Shown piece by piece: positions 40,241 to 49,259 of a stretch of 64,000 bases of DNA. Each line of letters opens with the position of its first letter. Position 1 is the stretch's first letter. A program made the translations under genes and the position numbers. The stretch spans positions 3,889-67,888 of the forward strand of contig CALXTW010000007.1 in NCBI GenBank assembly GCA_944391515.1, in the 5' to 3' direction. The notes under the pieces are model-generated. The model saw only the letters and a list, made by a program, of their open reading frames with translations, was not told where the DNA came from and did not search any database. Source of the stretch: an uncultured Alphaproteobacteria bacterium (GTDB lineage: Bacteria > Pseudomonadota > Alphaproteobacteria > RF32 > CAG-239).

Positions 40241-41521
40241 CTACAACATATCTTCCAAAATCTCTGGTTGAGAGCAAGCCGCCTTCATCAAAGCAGACAA
40301 AGATTTTCTCCTCTTCAAACATTGTTGAGCTGAACACTTAGCCGCATCAGGACATTTCCCACGAATGACCGCTGTTTCAATACTATCCATAAACGGACCT
40401 TGAAAAGCCGTAATTCCATGAGAAATTCCCCACTTTAAGGCTGCTTGAGAATCACATTTTGCCAAAATAAAATTCTCTTTTCCGAGAGTATCAATAACTT
40501 CCTTATATTTCGGATTAAAGGGTTCAAATTCGAGCAAAGGTTCCCAAAAGAGCTTAACCATATCTGGTTTAAGATTTTTCAAATTAAGCATTTTCAGAGC
40601 AGCCGGTTGCACTTCATCCAACACAATTTTATGACCGCCTTGATTGAGAATTTCTTTTGCTTCAAAATACAATGGCAAATTATTAAACACATCCATCAAC
40701 TGGACTTCAACCAATACCTTTTGCTCTGGTTTCAAAAAATTTCTAGCAAAATCAATAAACTCCCGAGAAAACACCGAAGACAAATTAAGATTAAGGCTGA
40801 TTTGCTTCGGCCAATTTTTCAATGCTGCAGAAAAAAACGAGGCTAAAGTTTTTTTATCCAATGTTTGCGTCATATATAAAAACAACCAATGATTTGCCAC
40901 CAAATCCAAGTTTTTATCAAATTGCAAACTCAAATCTTTAACAGCAATAAAAAACTCTTGAAACAAGATTTCAAATTGGTTCGCACCTTTAATTTTAATA
41001 ACACTCTGACGTTTAACCAATTCCGCTATATCTATTTCATCTAATTCAGCAATAACCCCATCAATTTCATTAGCTTCAATCGGACGTTTTTGAGGCAAAA
41101 GCAAAGCTTCATTTTGCACATCGCTTTCAAACATTTCCTCAACATATTTGTAGAAAGCCACAAAATTTGCAGGGAATTCAAATACCGTTGCAAATTGACT
41201 ACAATCCTGTCCATGCAAAACAGGATCTGCAGACAAACCTTGACGCAACTTTGTAACAGCTTCATCAACGGTATCTTGAGTAATATTTTTACCCAAAATC
41301 ACAAAATCGCCGTTAGACATGATGTAGAAGTAGCCACGAGCATTACCGACCACACTGTCAAAAAGTTTACCCAGAATTTTTACAAATTCAGGATGTCTGT
41401 GTTTAGGTTTCAACTTAGAAATACTAACATAGAGTACAGCATAGCCATACGAATTTTTAGAAATTCGATCTAAGGCGTCTAATAAATATCTTTCAGCTTT
41501 ACTACTTTGTTGCCTGCTCAT
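40241..41521 (-). CDS. degenerate GGDEF-like / degenerate EAL-like protein (paralogue 2)
   Basis: Clear paralogue of the previous gene (YAVLYVSISKLK..., SNGDFVILG in place of GGDEF; KRQSV, NLNLS, LVEVQ, KIVLDE, MVKLFW, FQGPF). The ATG at 41521 is preferred. A TTG at 41578 would overlap the kinase stop. Confidence 0.65.
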   Translation of the reverse strand: MSRQQSSKAERYLLDALDRISKNSYGYAVLYVSISKLKPKHRHPEFVKILGKLFDSVVGNARGYFYIMSNGDFVILGKNITQDTVDEAVTKLRQGLSADPVLHGQDCSQFATVFEFPANFVAFYKYVEEMFESDVQNEALLLPQKRPIEANEIDGVIAELDEIDIAELVKRQSVIKIKGANQFEILFQEFFIAVKDLSLQFDKNLDLVANHWLFLYMTQTLDKKTLASFFSAALKNWPKQISLNLNLSSVFSREFIDFARNFLKPEQKVLVEVQLMDVFNNLPLYFEAKEILNQGGHKIVLDEVQPAALKMLNLKNLKPDMVKLFWEPLLEFEPFNPKYKEVIDTLGKENFILAKCDSQAALKWGISHGITAFQGPFMDSIETAVIRGKCPDAAKCSAQQCLKRRKSLSALMKAACSQPEILEDML

Positions 41522-41574
41522 TTTGTTTTTACCCCACAAACTATTTTCAGTTATAAACTCCGAATAATATTTTA

Positions 41575-42666
41575 TCAAGAGTCATACTGTTTTGCTAACA
41601 ACTGAGATATTAAATCTTTCAACTCGGCAATATTATATGGTTTTTCTAAAAACAATGCATTTGGTGGAAGTTTCACACTTGTTTTTCCACTTAAAATAAT
41701 GGCTTTCAAACGAGAATTAATCAACAATAATTCTTGATAAAGAGCATCACCATTCATATTAGGCATCATCATATCTGTAATCAACAAATCAATATCAGGA
41801 TTTTCTTTCATAATATGAAGTGCCGCATAAGGAGTTTCCGCTAAAAAACAAACCCTGTCATCTTGTTTAATCAATTCTTCCAACAACGCACGTTGCATTG
41901 CATCATCATCAACAACTAAAATTTTGGCTTTTTTCTCAAAATAATCCACCAGCGGAAAATATATTGAAAAACAACTTCCCTTCCCTTCAATACTTTCAAC
42001 CGCTAAAGAGGCTTGATATTTTTTCAAGATTTTACAAACCGAAATCAACCCTAGCCCAATCCCTTGAGTAAAAGAGCTCACAAAAGGTCTAAAGATTTTT
42101 TTGAATAACTTCGGAGCAATTCCTACACCTTTATCTTGAATCCGTAGAGCCACGCATTTGCCTTTTTTACCCTTGATAACACAGTGTGACAATTGCTGAG
42201 GCGTCACCTCTGTTTCTTTGAGAGTTACATTAATTTTTCCACCCTCAGGCATAGCTCGACAAGCATTTTGTAATAAGTTATCTAAGAGCCGCTTCAGTTC
42301 CGATTTATCACCGCAAATCAGCATCTGTTTTTCAGGCACTTCGACTTCCACTTCTATATTTTCTGTAATAATTGCTTGCCATTCATCAATTGTAGATAAC
42401 ACCATATCTCTAATACAAATGAGTGAACATTGAGTTTTTTGCGACACAAGAATATCTTTAACTTGCAGACACGCTCTCTGCAAAACACCAATGACCAAAT
42501 CATTATTATGTTTACTTTTCTGCTCTGAAACGATTAAAGAATAAAGAATTGTCAGAGTATTTTTCAAGTCATGCAATTGTACTTCAATCAATCGTTTTTT
42601 CTTTTTTAATAAAACGATAATTCCCAATTCAACCAAAACCATTCCAAGCAAAAGAATATCGAGCAT
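41575..42666 (-). CDS. membrane-anchored hybrid sensor histidine kinase with a C-terminal receiver domain
   Basis: 363 aa with one N-terminal TM, H-box LHDLKNTL, N-box LLDNLLQNACRAM, G-boxes QDKGVGI and GIGLGL, then the receiver ILVVDDD...DLLITDMMMP...K. Confidence 0.85.
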   Translation of the reverse strand: MLDILLLGMVLVELGIIVLLKKKKRLIEVQLHDLKNTLTILYSLIVSEQKSKHNNDLVIGVLQRACLQVKDILVSQKTQCSLICIRDMVLSTIDEWQAIITENIEVEVEVPEKQMLICGDKSELKRLLDNLLQNACRAMPEGGKINVTLKETEVTPQQLSHCVIKGKKGKCVALRIQDKGVGIAPKLFKKIFRPFVSSFTQGIGLGLISVCKILKKYQASLAVESIEGKGSCFSIYFPLVDYFEKKAKILVVDDDAMQRALLEELIKQDDRVCFLAETPYAALHIMKENPDIDLLITDMMMPNMNGDALYQELLLINSRLKAIILSGKTSVKLPPNALFLEKPYNIAELKDLISQLLAKQYDS

Positions 42667-42813
42667 TCTATTATCCCCTTTAATTCAGTATTAATTTTGC
42701 CACATATCAAGTTAAAGAGGTGTTAAATTGCTTTTAAGAAGACTAAAAAATAATTGCAATTTTACCATCAACAATTATAATTCTTATAGATTTTAACCAA
42801 GAGGACGCAAGAT

Positions 42814-44262
42814 ATGTTAACCCCTAAGAATAACCTTTTTCCTATCCGCAACGACATTTTAGCTCGCGTTGCCAAAAGTTTTTTCAACAATCGTTTTGCT
42901 GAAATTGATTCTGTTCCAAGTGAAGTTTTTCCAGACGGTTCACAATGCTATCATCATGATATTACCAATGACCGTAACATTGTTCGCCAAATCTGCATGG
43001 CTATTTTAGGTTTTTGTCCCGAAGATGAAGATGGTAAAAATATATCTCTTTCTGAATATGCTCAAAGAGCATTAAAACGAGAGAAATTAGAACCAAGTAA
43101 AATCTCCGTCATCAACTCCGCTTGCATGGCTTGCCGCAAAGAACGCTACATCGTAAGTGACTTGTGCCGTTCGTGCATTGCCCGTCCCTGCCAAGTAAAC
43201 TGCCCCAAAAAAGCCATCAGCTTTGTTGATGGCAAAGCATTCATCGACCAAGATGCTTGCATCAAATGCGGACGTTGCCACGATGTTTGTCCATATTCAG
43301 CCATCATCAAGAATGTTATTCCTTGTGAAGATGCTTGCCCAGTTGGAGCCATTTCTAAAGACGCTGAAGGCAAAGAACATATCGACACTGAAAAATGTAT
43401 TTCTTGCGGTAAATGCCTAAAATCTTGCCCATTCGGAGCCATTGTTGAACGCTCTCAAATGGTTGATGTTCTCAAAACCATGCTTGATACAGATAAAAAA
43501 GTCATTGCCATGGTTGCTCCGGCAATTGTCGGCCAATTTGGCGGAACAGTGAATAATTTGGTTGGAGCTCTCAAAGCTCTTGGTTTTGACGATGTCATAG
43601 AAGTTGCGGTTGGTGCCGACATCACCACCCAAAAAGAAGCCGCGGAATTCGTTGAGCGCATGGAAGAAGGTAAAAACTTTATGACCACTTCTTGCTGTCC
43701 GGCATATTTCCGTGCAGCTCAAATTCATATTCCTGAGATTAAAGATTTTGTCTCTTCAACCAAAACTCCGATGTACTACACGGCAGAACTTATCAAGAAA
43801 GAACACCCTGATTGTGCGGCTGTTTTTGTTGGTCCATGCTTTGCCAAAAGAGTTGAAGCCGAAACCGACCCCAATGTTGACTATGTTCTGACATTTGAAG
43901 AATTAAATGCTATGTTCATTGGAGCCGGAATCGATGTTGCCACCGCACCTATGGCTGAATTCAGCAAACTCTCCTGCGCCCAAGGTCGCGGCTTTCCATT
44001 AACCGGAGGAGTTGCCGGAGCCGTTGCATCTTTGGTAGAAGGCAAGACAGAAATCCGTCCTGAAAAGATTGATGGATTGAGCACAGAAAACATCAAACTC
44101 TTAAAACGTTACGCCACCAAAGGCTGCGAAAACAATATGCTTGAAGTCATGTGCTGCCCAGGCGGTTGTATTGCAGGACCTGGCTGTATCGCCATGGCAA
44201 ACAAAGCTACCATTCAAATCAAGAACTACACCGCTCAAGGTGAAGATTTGAAAAACAAATAA
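42814..44262 (+). CDS. [FeFe]-hydrogenase catalytic-subunit-like protein (monomeric type with N-terminal ferredoxin-like clusters)
   Basis: 482 aa with two CxxCxxCxxxCP motifs (CIKCGRCHDVCP, CISCGKCLKSCP) plus extra Cys. H-cluster signatures are TTSCCPAY, GPCFAKRVE and EVMCCPGGCIAGPG. Confidence 0.85.
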   Translation: MLTPKNNLFPIRNDILARVAKSFFNNRFAEIDSVPSEVFPDGSQCYHHDITNDRNIVRQICMAILGFCPEDEDGKNISLSEYAQRALKREKLEPSKISVINSACMACRKERYIVSDLCRSCIARPCQVNCPKKAISFVDGKAFIDQDACIKCGRCHDVCPYSAIIKNVIPCEDACPVGAISKDAEGKEHIDTEKCISCGKCLKSCPFGAIVERSQMVDVLKTMLDTDKKVIAMVAPAIVGQFGGTVNNLVGALKALGFDDVIEVAVGADITTQKEAAEFVERMEEGKNFMTTSCCPAYFRAAQIHIPEIKDFVSSTKTPMYYTAELIKKEHPDCAAVFVGPCFAKRVEAETDPNVDYVLTFEELNAMFIGAGIDVATAPMAEFSKLSCAQGRGFPLTGGVAGAVASLVEGKTEIRPEKIDGLSTENIKLLKRYATKGCENNMLEVMCCPGGCIAGPGCIAMANKATIQIKNYTAQGEDLKNK

Positions 44263-44263
44263 G

Positions 44264-44301
44264 AAAAAAACGGGATGACATATTATCATCCCGTTTTTTT
44301 T
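44264..44301. terminator. bidirectional terminator
   Basis: A-run, ACGGGATGA-cat...-TCATCCCGT, then a T8 run. Confidence 0.8.
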
Positions 44302-44307
44302 CATACT

Positions 44308-45828
44308 TTAGTCCACATTAAGAGCGTTTAACATTTCCACCACTTGAGAAGTGTAGGATTGTTTTTCTCCCCAGTTTGTAAAGCCAAAATTTTTACCTTT
44401 AGCCCAAACTTTCATCGGAGAATCTACAGATTCATATCCAGCCAACAGATGAATCAATTTGGCAATTTCCGAAGCTGTCGCCTCACACCAAAATCCATCC
44501 AAAACTTTTTCCCATTTTTTCCAAGAAATATAGTTGCAATCCTCTTCCAAGAAACTCTCCAGCACTTCCATTTGCTCATCAAAAATTTGCTCGGCATAAT
44601 CATTGAATTTCTCAAGTACCGGATAAGTTGCTATCAATTTTTTGAGTTTTAATGCAAACCACAAAGGCATTGCCTGAAAATAGCTGATATCTCCGGCCGC
44701 AAAACTTGCTGTCTTACAACAAAGCTCAAGCCATTTTTCTTCGCGTGGTGAAAAGACGCCTCGTTTCAGATAAGCATCAATATGTTCCCACTTGTCCAAT
44801 TTCAATGATTCACGGTCAATGATATGCAAACGTTCGCAAGTTTCCTCTCGCCAAGCCTCTGCAATCAGCTCTAACAAATCCAGAACTAACCTTCGATTAT
44901 CGCTGACTTTTTGTTGTACTTCAGCAAGCAAGGACAACATTTTAGCACAAGTTTCTTCGTTAGCGATTCGACTTGATAACCCCGCTATCAAATCATTTTC
45001 TCTGGCGGCATCTACAAAATCATCCAAATACGTCTCAACCAAAGCAAGTCTATCACCAATTTTGAAAGAAGGTGTATCCAAAACCTCCGACACTACTTTA
45101 CAAACTGCTGGCGACGACTTTTTCAGAGACAATATTCGCAATACTTTTTGCACCCCTTGCAAATGAAATTGTTGTTCTTCAGAGGTTAATTTCATCGGTT
45201 GTTGCCGAAAGAAGTACAGAAAATTAACATAATCAGCACAAACATCGACTGGCCTTTGCAACCGAGTCAGCCACAAATAAAGAACATCCATAGATTTCAA
45301 AGCTATCCAATACTCATCTTCGTGATACTCTTGATAAATATCCCACAGCTCTTTAACTGAAGCATCTCTCAGATTTGTTTGCTTTTTCAAAAGCTGTTCT
45401 AACACATCCAACAAAACCGGATATTGATAAGCATATTCGCTCAAAATATTCAGGAATTTGTCATTAATTGATGTATTGTGCAACAAAGACTGAACACAAG
45501 CCTTTTTACGTTCTTCATTTGCCTGTTCCTGACAATAAACTGCAGCAACAAACAAACCATACATTTTACCCGCACAATTGAGAATGTTTTTCTTAAAGCC
45601 TTCCCAACAATCATGTTTGGAATAATAAGTCAAAAACGCCTCAAACAAATGACAAGCCCATGAAGGAAACCAATCATCTACCGGAAATTTCTCTCCTTTG
45701 AGAAGGTGGTGAATCATAAAAATGAAAGCTTTTTCTTCCAATTCTTCTCTTTGAGAGTAACGGCAATTAAGCTTTTTTGCCAAACTCATCGCGTCATTAA
45801 AGACGCTTAATGCAGATTTCTTTTCCAT
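44308..45828 (-). CDS. hypothetical protein (large all-helical orphan)
   Basis: 506-aa ORF with a promoter-like TTGACA upstream and a terminator downstream. No recognised motif. Confidence 0.65.
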   Translation of the reverse strand: MEKKSALSVFNDAMSLAKKLNCRYSQREELEEKAFIFMIHHLLKGEKFPVDDWFPSWACHLFEAFLTYYSKHDCWEGFKKNILNCAGKMYGLFVAAVYCQEQANEERKKACVQSLLHNTSINDKFLNILSEYAYQYPVLLDVLEQLLKKQTNLRDASVKELWDIYQEYHEDEYWIALKSMDVLYLWLTRLQRPVDVCADYVNFLYFFRQQPMKLTSEEQQFHLQGVQKVLRILSLKKSSPAVCKVVSEVLDTPSFKIGDRLALVETYLDDFVDAARENDLIAGLSSRIANEETCAKMLSLLAEVQQKVSDNRRLVLDLLELIAEAWREETCERLHIIDRESLKLDKWEHIDAYLKRGVFSPREEKWLELCCKTASFAAGDISYFQAMPLWFALKLKKLIATYPVLEKFNDYAEQIFDEQMEVLESFLEEDCNYISWKKWEKVLDGFWCEATASEIAKLIHLLAGYESVDSPMKVWAKGKNFGFTNWGEKQSYTSQVVEMLNALNVD

Positions 45829-45934
45829 ATTTAGAATAATTTAAAAGTGAATAAAATAATAAAAATATGCTTTTATCAATAAGTCACATTGCCCATTTTG
45901 TCAAGAAAAAGGCGGAACCAAAGTTCCGCCTTTT

Positions 45935-46711
45935 TTACTCAAGATGATAATCTTTTAAATTCCATCCTTTTCGCAACAGAAGTTGCTTATTGCTTTCAGA
46001 TAAATAAGGTCTTGCATCAAAAGCAAAACCTTGCGTATCAAGGCGCTGAATAACCTTTTCCCGTAAGAGATTTGCACCCAACCAAGCCTCAATCAAACCT
46101 GTTGAGCCACAGCTAATTAACTCCTGAGCTTCATCTTCATCCAAAACCATTTTATTAAGCAACAAAATGACTTCATTTACACCTAAGAGAAAAACATTTT
46201 TCTCCCAAATCATCATTCTGAAATTTCCCAACATATCCAACCAGACATCTGTCGGACAATGAATCTGCGGCGGATAAAAAGACGCCTCTAAAGACAAATT
46301 AAGCTGCATTACAGACTTTCTTAAAAACAACATTGAAGTCTGTAATTTGATAGAGGTATGTTCAACCAAAAAAATAAAATCTTTCTTCTCTAACCCCAAA
46401 CCCTTGACCTTCTCATCAATCAACTTTTCAAGCTTGAGCTTTTTGACTTTTTTCTCAGAAAGTTTTAACACATCTCTAACTTGGGAAGCATAATCATAAT
46501 AAAGCAAATAGCGCTTAACTGTTTTTGCATTCCCGCAATCGAGTAACTTTCTCCATAAGTCATCGGGTAACCATCTCACTCTAAAGACTTGCCTAAGCTT
46601 AAAGAATTGACGTTTTTCAATCAGGTCGGCACACATTTGTGTACTGATTTGGCGCTTGTATAGACACCTCCAAAAGCATACTTCTTGCTTCAAATTTTCT
46701 AATAATTTCAT
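45935..46711 (-). CDS. hypothetical protein
   Basis: 258-aa ORF. Its stop is immediately followed by the terminator GGCGGAAC-tttg-GTTCCGCC plus a T run (minus strand). Confidence 0.6.
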   Translation of the reverse strand: MKLLENLKQEVCFWRCLYKRQISTQMCADLIEKRQFFKLRQVFRVRWLPDDLWRKLLDCGNAKTVKRYLLYYDYASQVRDVLKLSEKKVKKLKLEKLIDEKVKGLGLEKKDFIFLVEHTSIKLQTSMLFLRKSVMQLNLSLEASFYPPQIHCPTDVWLDMLGNFRMMIWEKNVFLLGVNEVILLLNKMVLDEDEAQELISCGSTGLIEAWLGANLLREKVIQRLDTQGFAFDARPYLSESNKQLLLRKGWNLKDYHLE

Positions 46712-46867
46712 CTTCCAAAAAATTTAAATTACACAATAAGAATTAATCACTCACAAAATAAAGTCTTTTATGTATCATGTCAAACATTTTCTCTATTTTG
46801 TCTATTGATTCTCTCAAAATATTATGTTACAAAAACTGCAATAACTTTATTTTTAATTTTATATATT

Positions 46868-47746
46868 ATGAAACGAAAAAACCTTACGGTCACTGTCACT
46901 CATGTAGGACACCCGTACCCAGAATTCCAAGGAGGTAAAACACCTCAAATTTCCATTGCTGTTTTAGCAGAAAACAATTATTTCTGTTTTCCGGCCTCTC
47001 CCCTAAGCATGCTTATCCAAAAGGGAGATACAATAACCGTCACCCCTGCGGGAGAGCTCAAAAAGGTCAATAATTTAGAGATTAACGCGCTCGTTAACCT
47101 TTCAGAATTCGACGGAACAATAGACAGAGTATCCCACCCTTTGTGGTTAAAAAATCCACATACAAACTTTAACAGCTTATATGTGGTCATCATGACACAA
47201 GGAAACATTTTTCCGGTAAAAGCCAATTGGAATACCTTGCTTCTCAGAAGTGGCGACAATATTACATTGGAGCTCGACAACTATGAAATCCTCAAATTCA
47301 AAAACAAAACTCTAAAATTTGAGTTCAATGCCACCTCCAAACAAGCAATATCACTAAAAGGAAAAATCAAACGCGCAACATTTCCCTTAATGTGGCCCAA
47401 CCACCAAGGAATCATGGGATTAAAATCATTAGTGTTAATGGAAGACCTAAAATTCAAAATTCTTCCTGCAACACCGGAATCAATGTTTTTGGAAGATGGC
47501 GACAGGGTAGAAATTAGTGATAAGAGTATAAAGAATGCACGCATTCCGCAAATTCGTTTTCTTGACAGTGCCTTGCCGGAATATTACGAGGTAAAATACA
47601 TCGGACATCCATTTCCGACCTTGTTTTCCAATGGGCAAAAATCTCTGGGGCGTTTTCTTATAACCCCAAACAATGAGCTCTATCTCGTTCCAGCAACTGA
47701 GACAAATATGCTCACCCAACCGGGAGACAAGATTATTAATTTTTAA
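46868..47746 (+). CDS. hypothetical protein made of four tandem ~75-aa repeats
   Basis: Start taken at the ATG at 46868 (MKRKNLTV...). The repeats begin VTHVGHPYPEF..., IDRVSHPLWLK..., IKRATFPLMWP... and VKYIGHPFPTL..., and each ends in a (P)GD.I motif. Confidence 0.65.
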   Translation: MKRKNLTVTVTHVGHPYPEFQGGKTPQISIAVLAENNYFCFPASPLSMLIQKGDTITVTPAGELKKVNNLEINALVNLSEFDGTIDRVSHPLWLKNPHTNFNSLYVVIMTQGNIFPVKANWNTLLLRSGDNITLELDNYEILKFKNKTLKFEFNATSKQAISLKGKIKRATFPLMWPNHQGIMGLKSLVLMEDLKFKILPATPESMFLEDGDRVEISDKSIKNARIPQIRFLDSALPEYYEVKYIGHPFPTLFSNGQKSLGRFLITPNNELYLVPATETNMLTQPGDKIINF

Positions 47747-47790
47747 GTAAATCCAAAAGAATGATTTAAGTGTTCACTATCTTTAATCAC

Positions 47791-47820
47791 AAAAAAAGGA
47801 GCCAATTGGCTCCTTTTTTT
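47791..47820. terminator. bidirectional terminator (end of rplQ and of the repeat-protein gene)
   Basis: A7, AAGGAGCC-aatt-GGCTCCTT, then a T run. Confidence 0.8.
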
Positions 47821-47839
47821 AATACTTCAAGCTCAAAAA

Positions 47840-48289
47840 CTATTTGGCTTCGCTTTCAGCTTTTTCAGCAGCTTCAATAGCAGCTTTTTCAGCAGCAACG
47901 CGAGCTTTATCAGCAGCACCTTTAGCGTTTACATCACGATCAACCAATTCAATGATAGCCATCGGAGCAGCATCGCCATAACGAATACCAGCTTTCAAAA
48001 CGCGGGTATAACCACCGTTACGAGATTTATAGCGTTCAGCCAAAGTAGAGAAAAGCTTAGAAACAACAGTTTCGTCACGCAAGAAAGCCAAAGCCAAACG
48101 ACGAGAATTTAAATCACCTTTTTTAGCATAGGTAATCATGTTGTCAGCAAAAGTTCTCAAAGCTTTAGCACGCGGCAAAGTAATATTGATTTGCTCATGG
48201 GTCAACAAAGCATTTGTTAAGTTAGAGAACAAAGCTCTTCTTTGACTTCTGGTCATATTCAATTTTTTTTGTTTCATTCCATGTCTCAT
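47840..48289 (-). CDS. rplQ: 50S ribosomal protein L17
   Basis: [24 protein letters not shown]..., starting at the ATG at 48289 after AGGAAG, with an A/E/K-rich C-terminal tail. Confidence 0.95.
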   Translation of the reverse strand: MRHGMKQKKLNMTRSQRRALFSNLTNALLTHEQINITLPRAKALRTFADNMITYAKKGDLNSRRLALAFLRDETVVSKLFSTLAERYKSRNGGYTRVLKAGIRYGDAAPMAIIELVDRDVNAKGAADKARVAAEKAAIEAAEKAESEAK

Positions 48290-48479
48290 GACAACTTCCT
48301 TTCTTTTCTCTGTGCTTTGCAAGGCAAAGCGTATAAAACACAAGTCTCCGCCACGGATACGTCTTGCGCACATGCACGGAAACACCTTAATTCGAGGAGT
48401 CTTTTATCATACAATATTTTGAAAAGCAAGCAAAATTTAACAAAAAAAAGAAGGTCTTTCAACCTTCTCTTTACACAAA

Positions 48480-49196
48480 TCATAATTTTACAAACAGATG
48501 TGTTGGACAATTATCACCAATTGTACCATATCTGTTTTTAGCCGACAATTGCCAAACCACATAGGGGGCGTGAGCCGCCACGGGCGCAACCATCCAACTA
48601 AAAAGATCTGAAACCGTTGGAGCATCAACTGCTTTCAGCAATTCATCAATCTCGTTGAAATGCTGCTCCATTAGTTTGGAATCTTCTCTTGTCAGGAACT
48701 CTAACTTTAACTCCTTAGCCTTCCTAATTACTTCTTTAGGCATCGCCGGGATCCAACACACTCCAGCAAAAATTAGATTTTGCGAAAGTGCAATGCCACG
48801 ATATCGACCGGATTTTTCAACTATCAGATAGGGATAGTCTCTTTCCGTATCATTCACCAAATCCTTAAGATTATCGACACCTATTCCGTTTGGCACTTCC
48901 AAATGATTAATATTTTCAGAAACACGACAAATCGGAAATTTAATTGTAAACAAATGCTTTCTTAAGACATCCAACACTTGTTGATCGTGGTCTTTATAAG
49001 GAGCATAGCCTCTTGGCACAAAATCCTGAAAAGCTTCGTAGACTTTTTTCCAATTAGCTTTTTCTGCCCACTTCTGCCATTCTTCTACCGACTGATTACG
49101 CAATGGCATAACACCAGCCTTACTTGTCTTTTTTCCAAACATAATTATAAAAATTAAATTAACAAATAATAAAAAATTTATTCTCGTATATCTCAT
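48480..49196 (-). CDS. hypothetical membrane-anchored protein
   Basis: ORF with N-terminal hydrophobic anchor MRYTRINFLLFVNLIFIIMF. The ATG at 49196 is preferred to the track TTG at 49205. Confidence 0.55.
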   Translation of the reverse strand: MRYTRINFLLFVNLIFIIMFGKKTSKAGVMPLRNQSVEEWQKWAEKANWKKVYEAFQDFVPRGYAPYKDHDQQVLDVLRKHLFTIKFPICRVSENINHLEVPNGIGVDNLKDLVNDTERDYPYLIVEKSGRYRGIALSQNLIFAGVCWIPAMPKEVIRKAKELKLEFLTREDSKLMEQHFNEIDELLKAVDAPTVSDLFSWMVAPVAAHAPYVVWQLSAKNRYGTIGDNCPTHLFVKL

Positions 49197-49213
49197 TTTA
49201 GACAAAAAAGCAA

Positions 49214-49243
49214 CAAAAAAATGAGTCAGATTTTACTGACTCA
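49214..49243 (-). terminator. rho-independent terminator after the 49260-49952 gene
   Basis: TGAGTCAG-atttta-CTGACTCA, with the T run on the minus strand. Confidence 0.7.
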
Positions 49244-49259
49244 CTTTTCCTCCCAAAAA

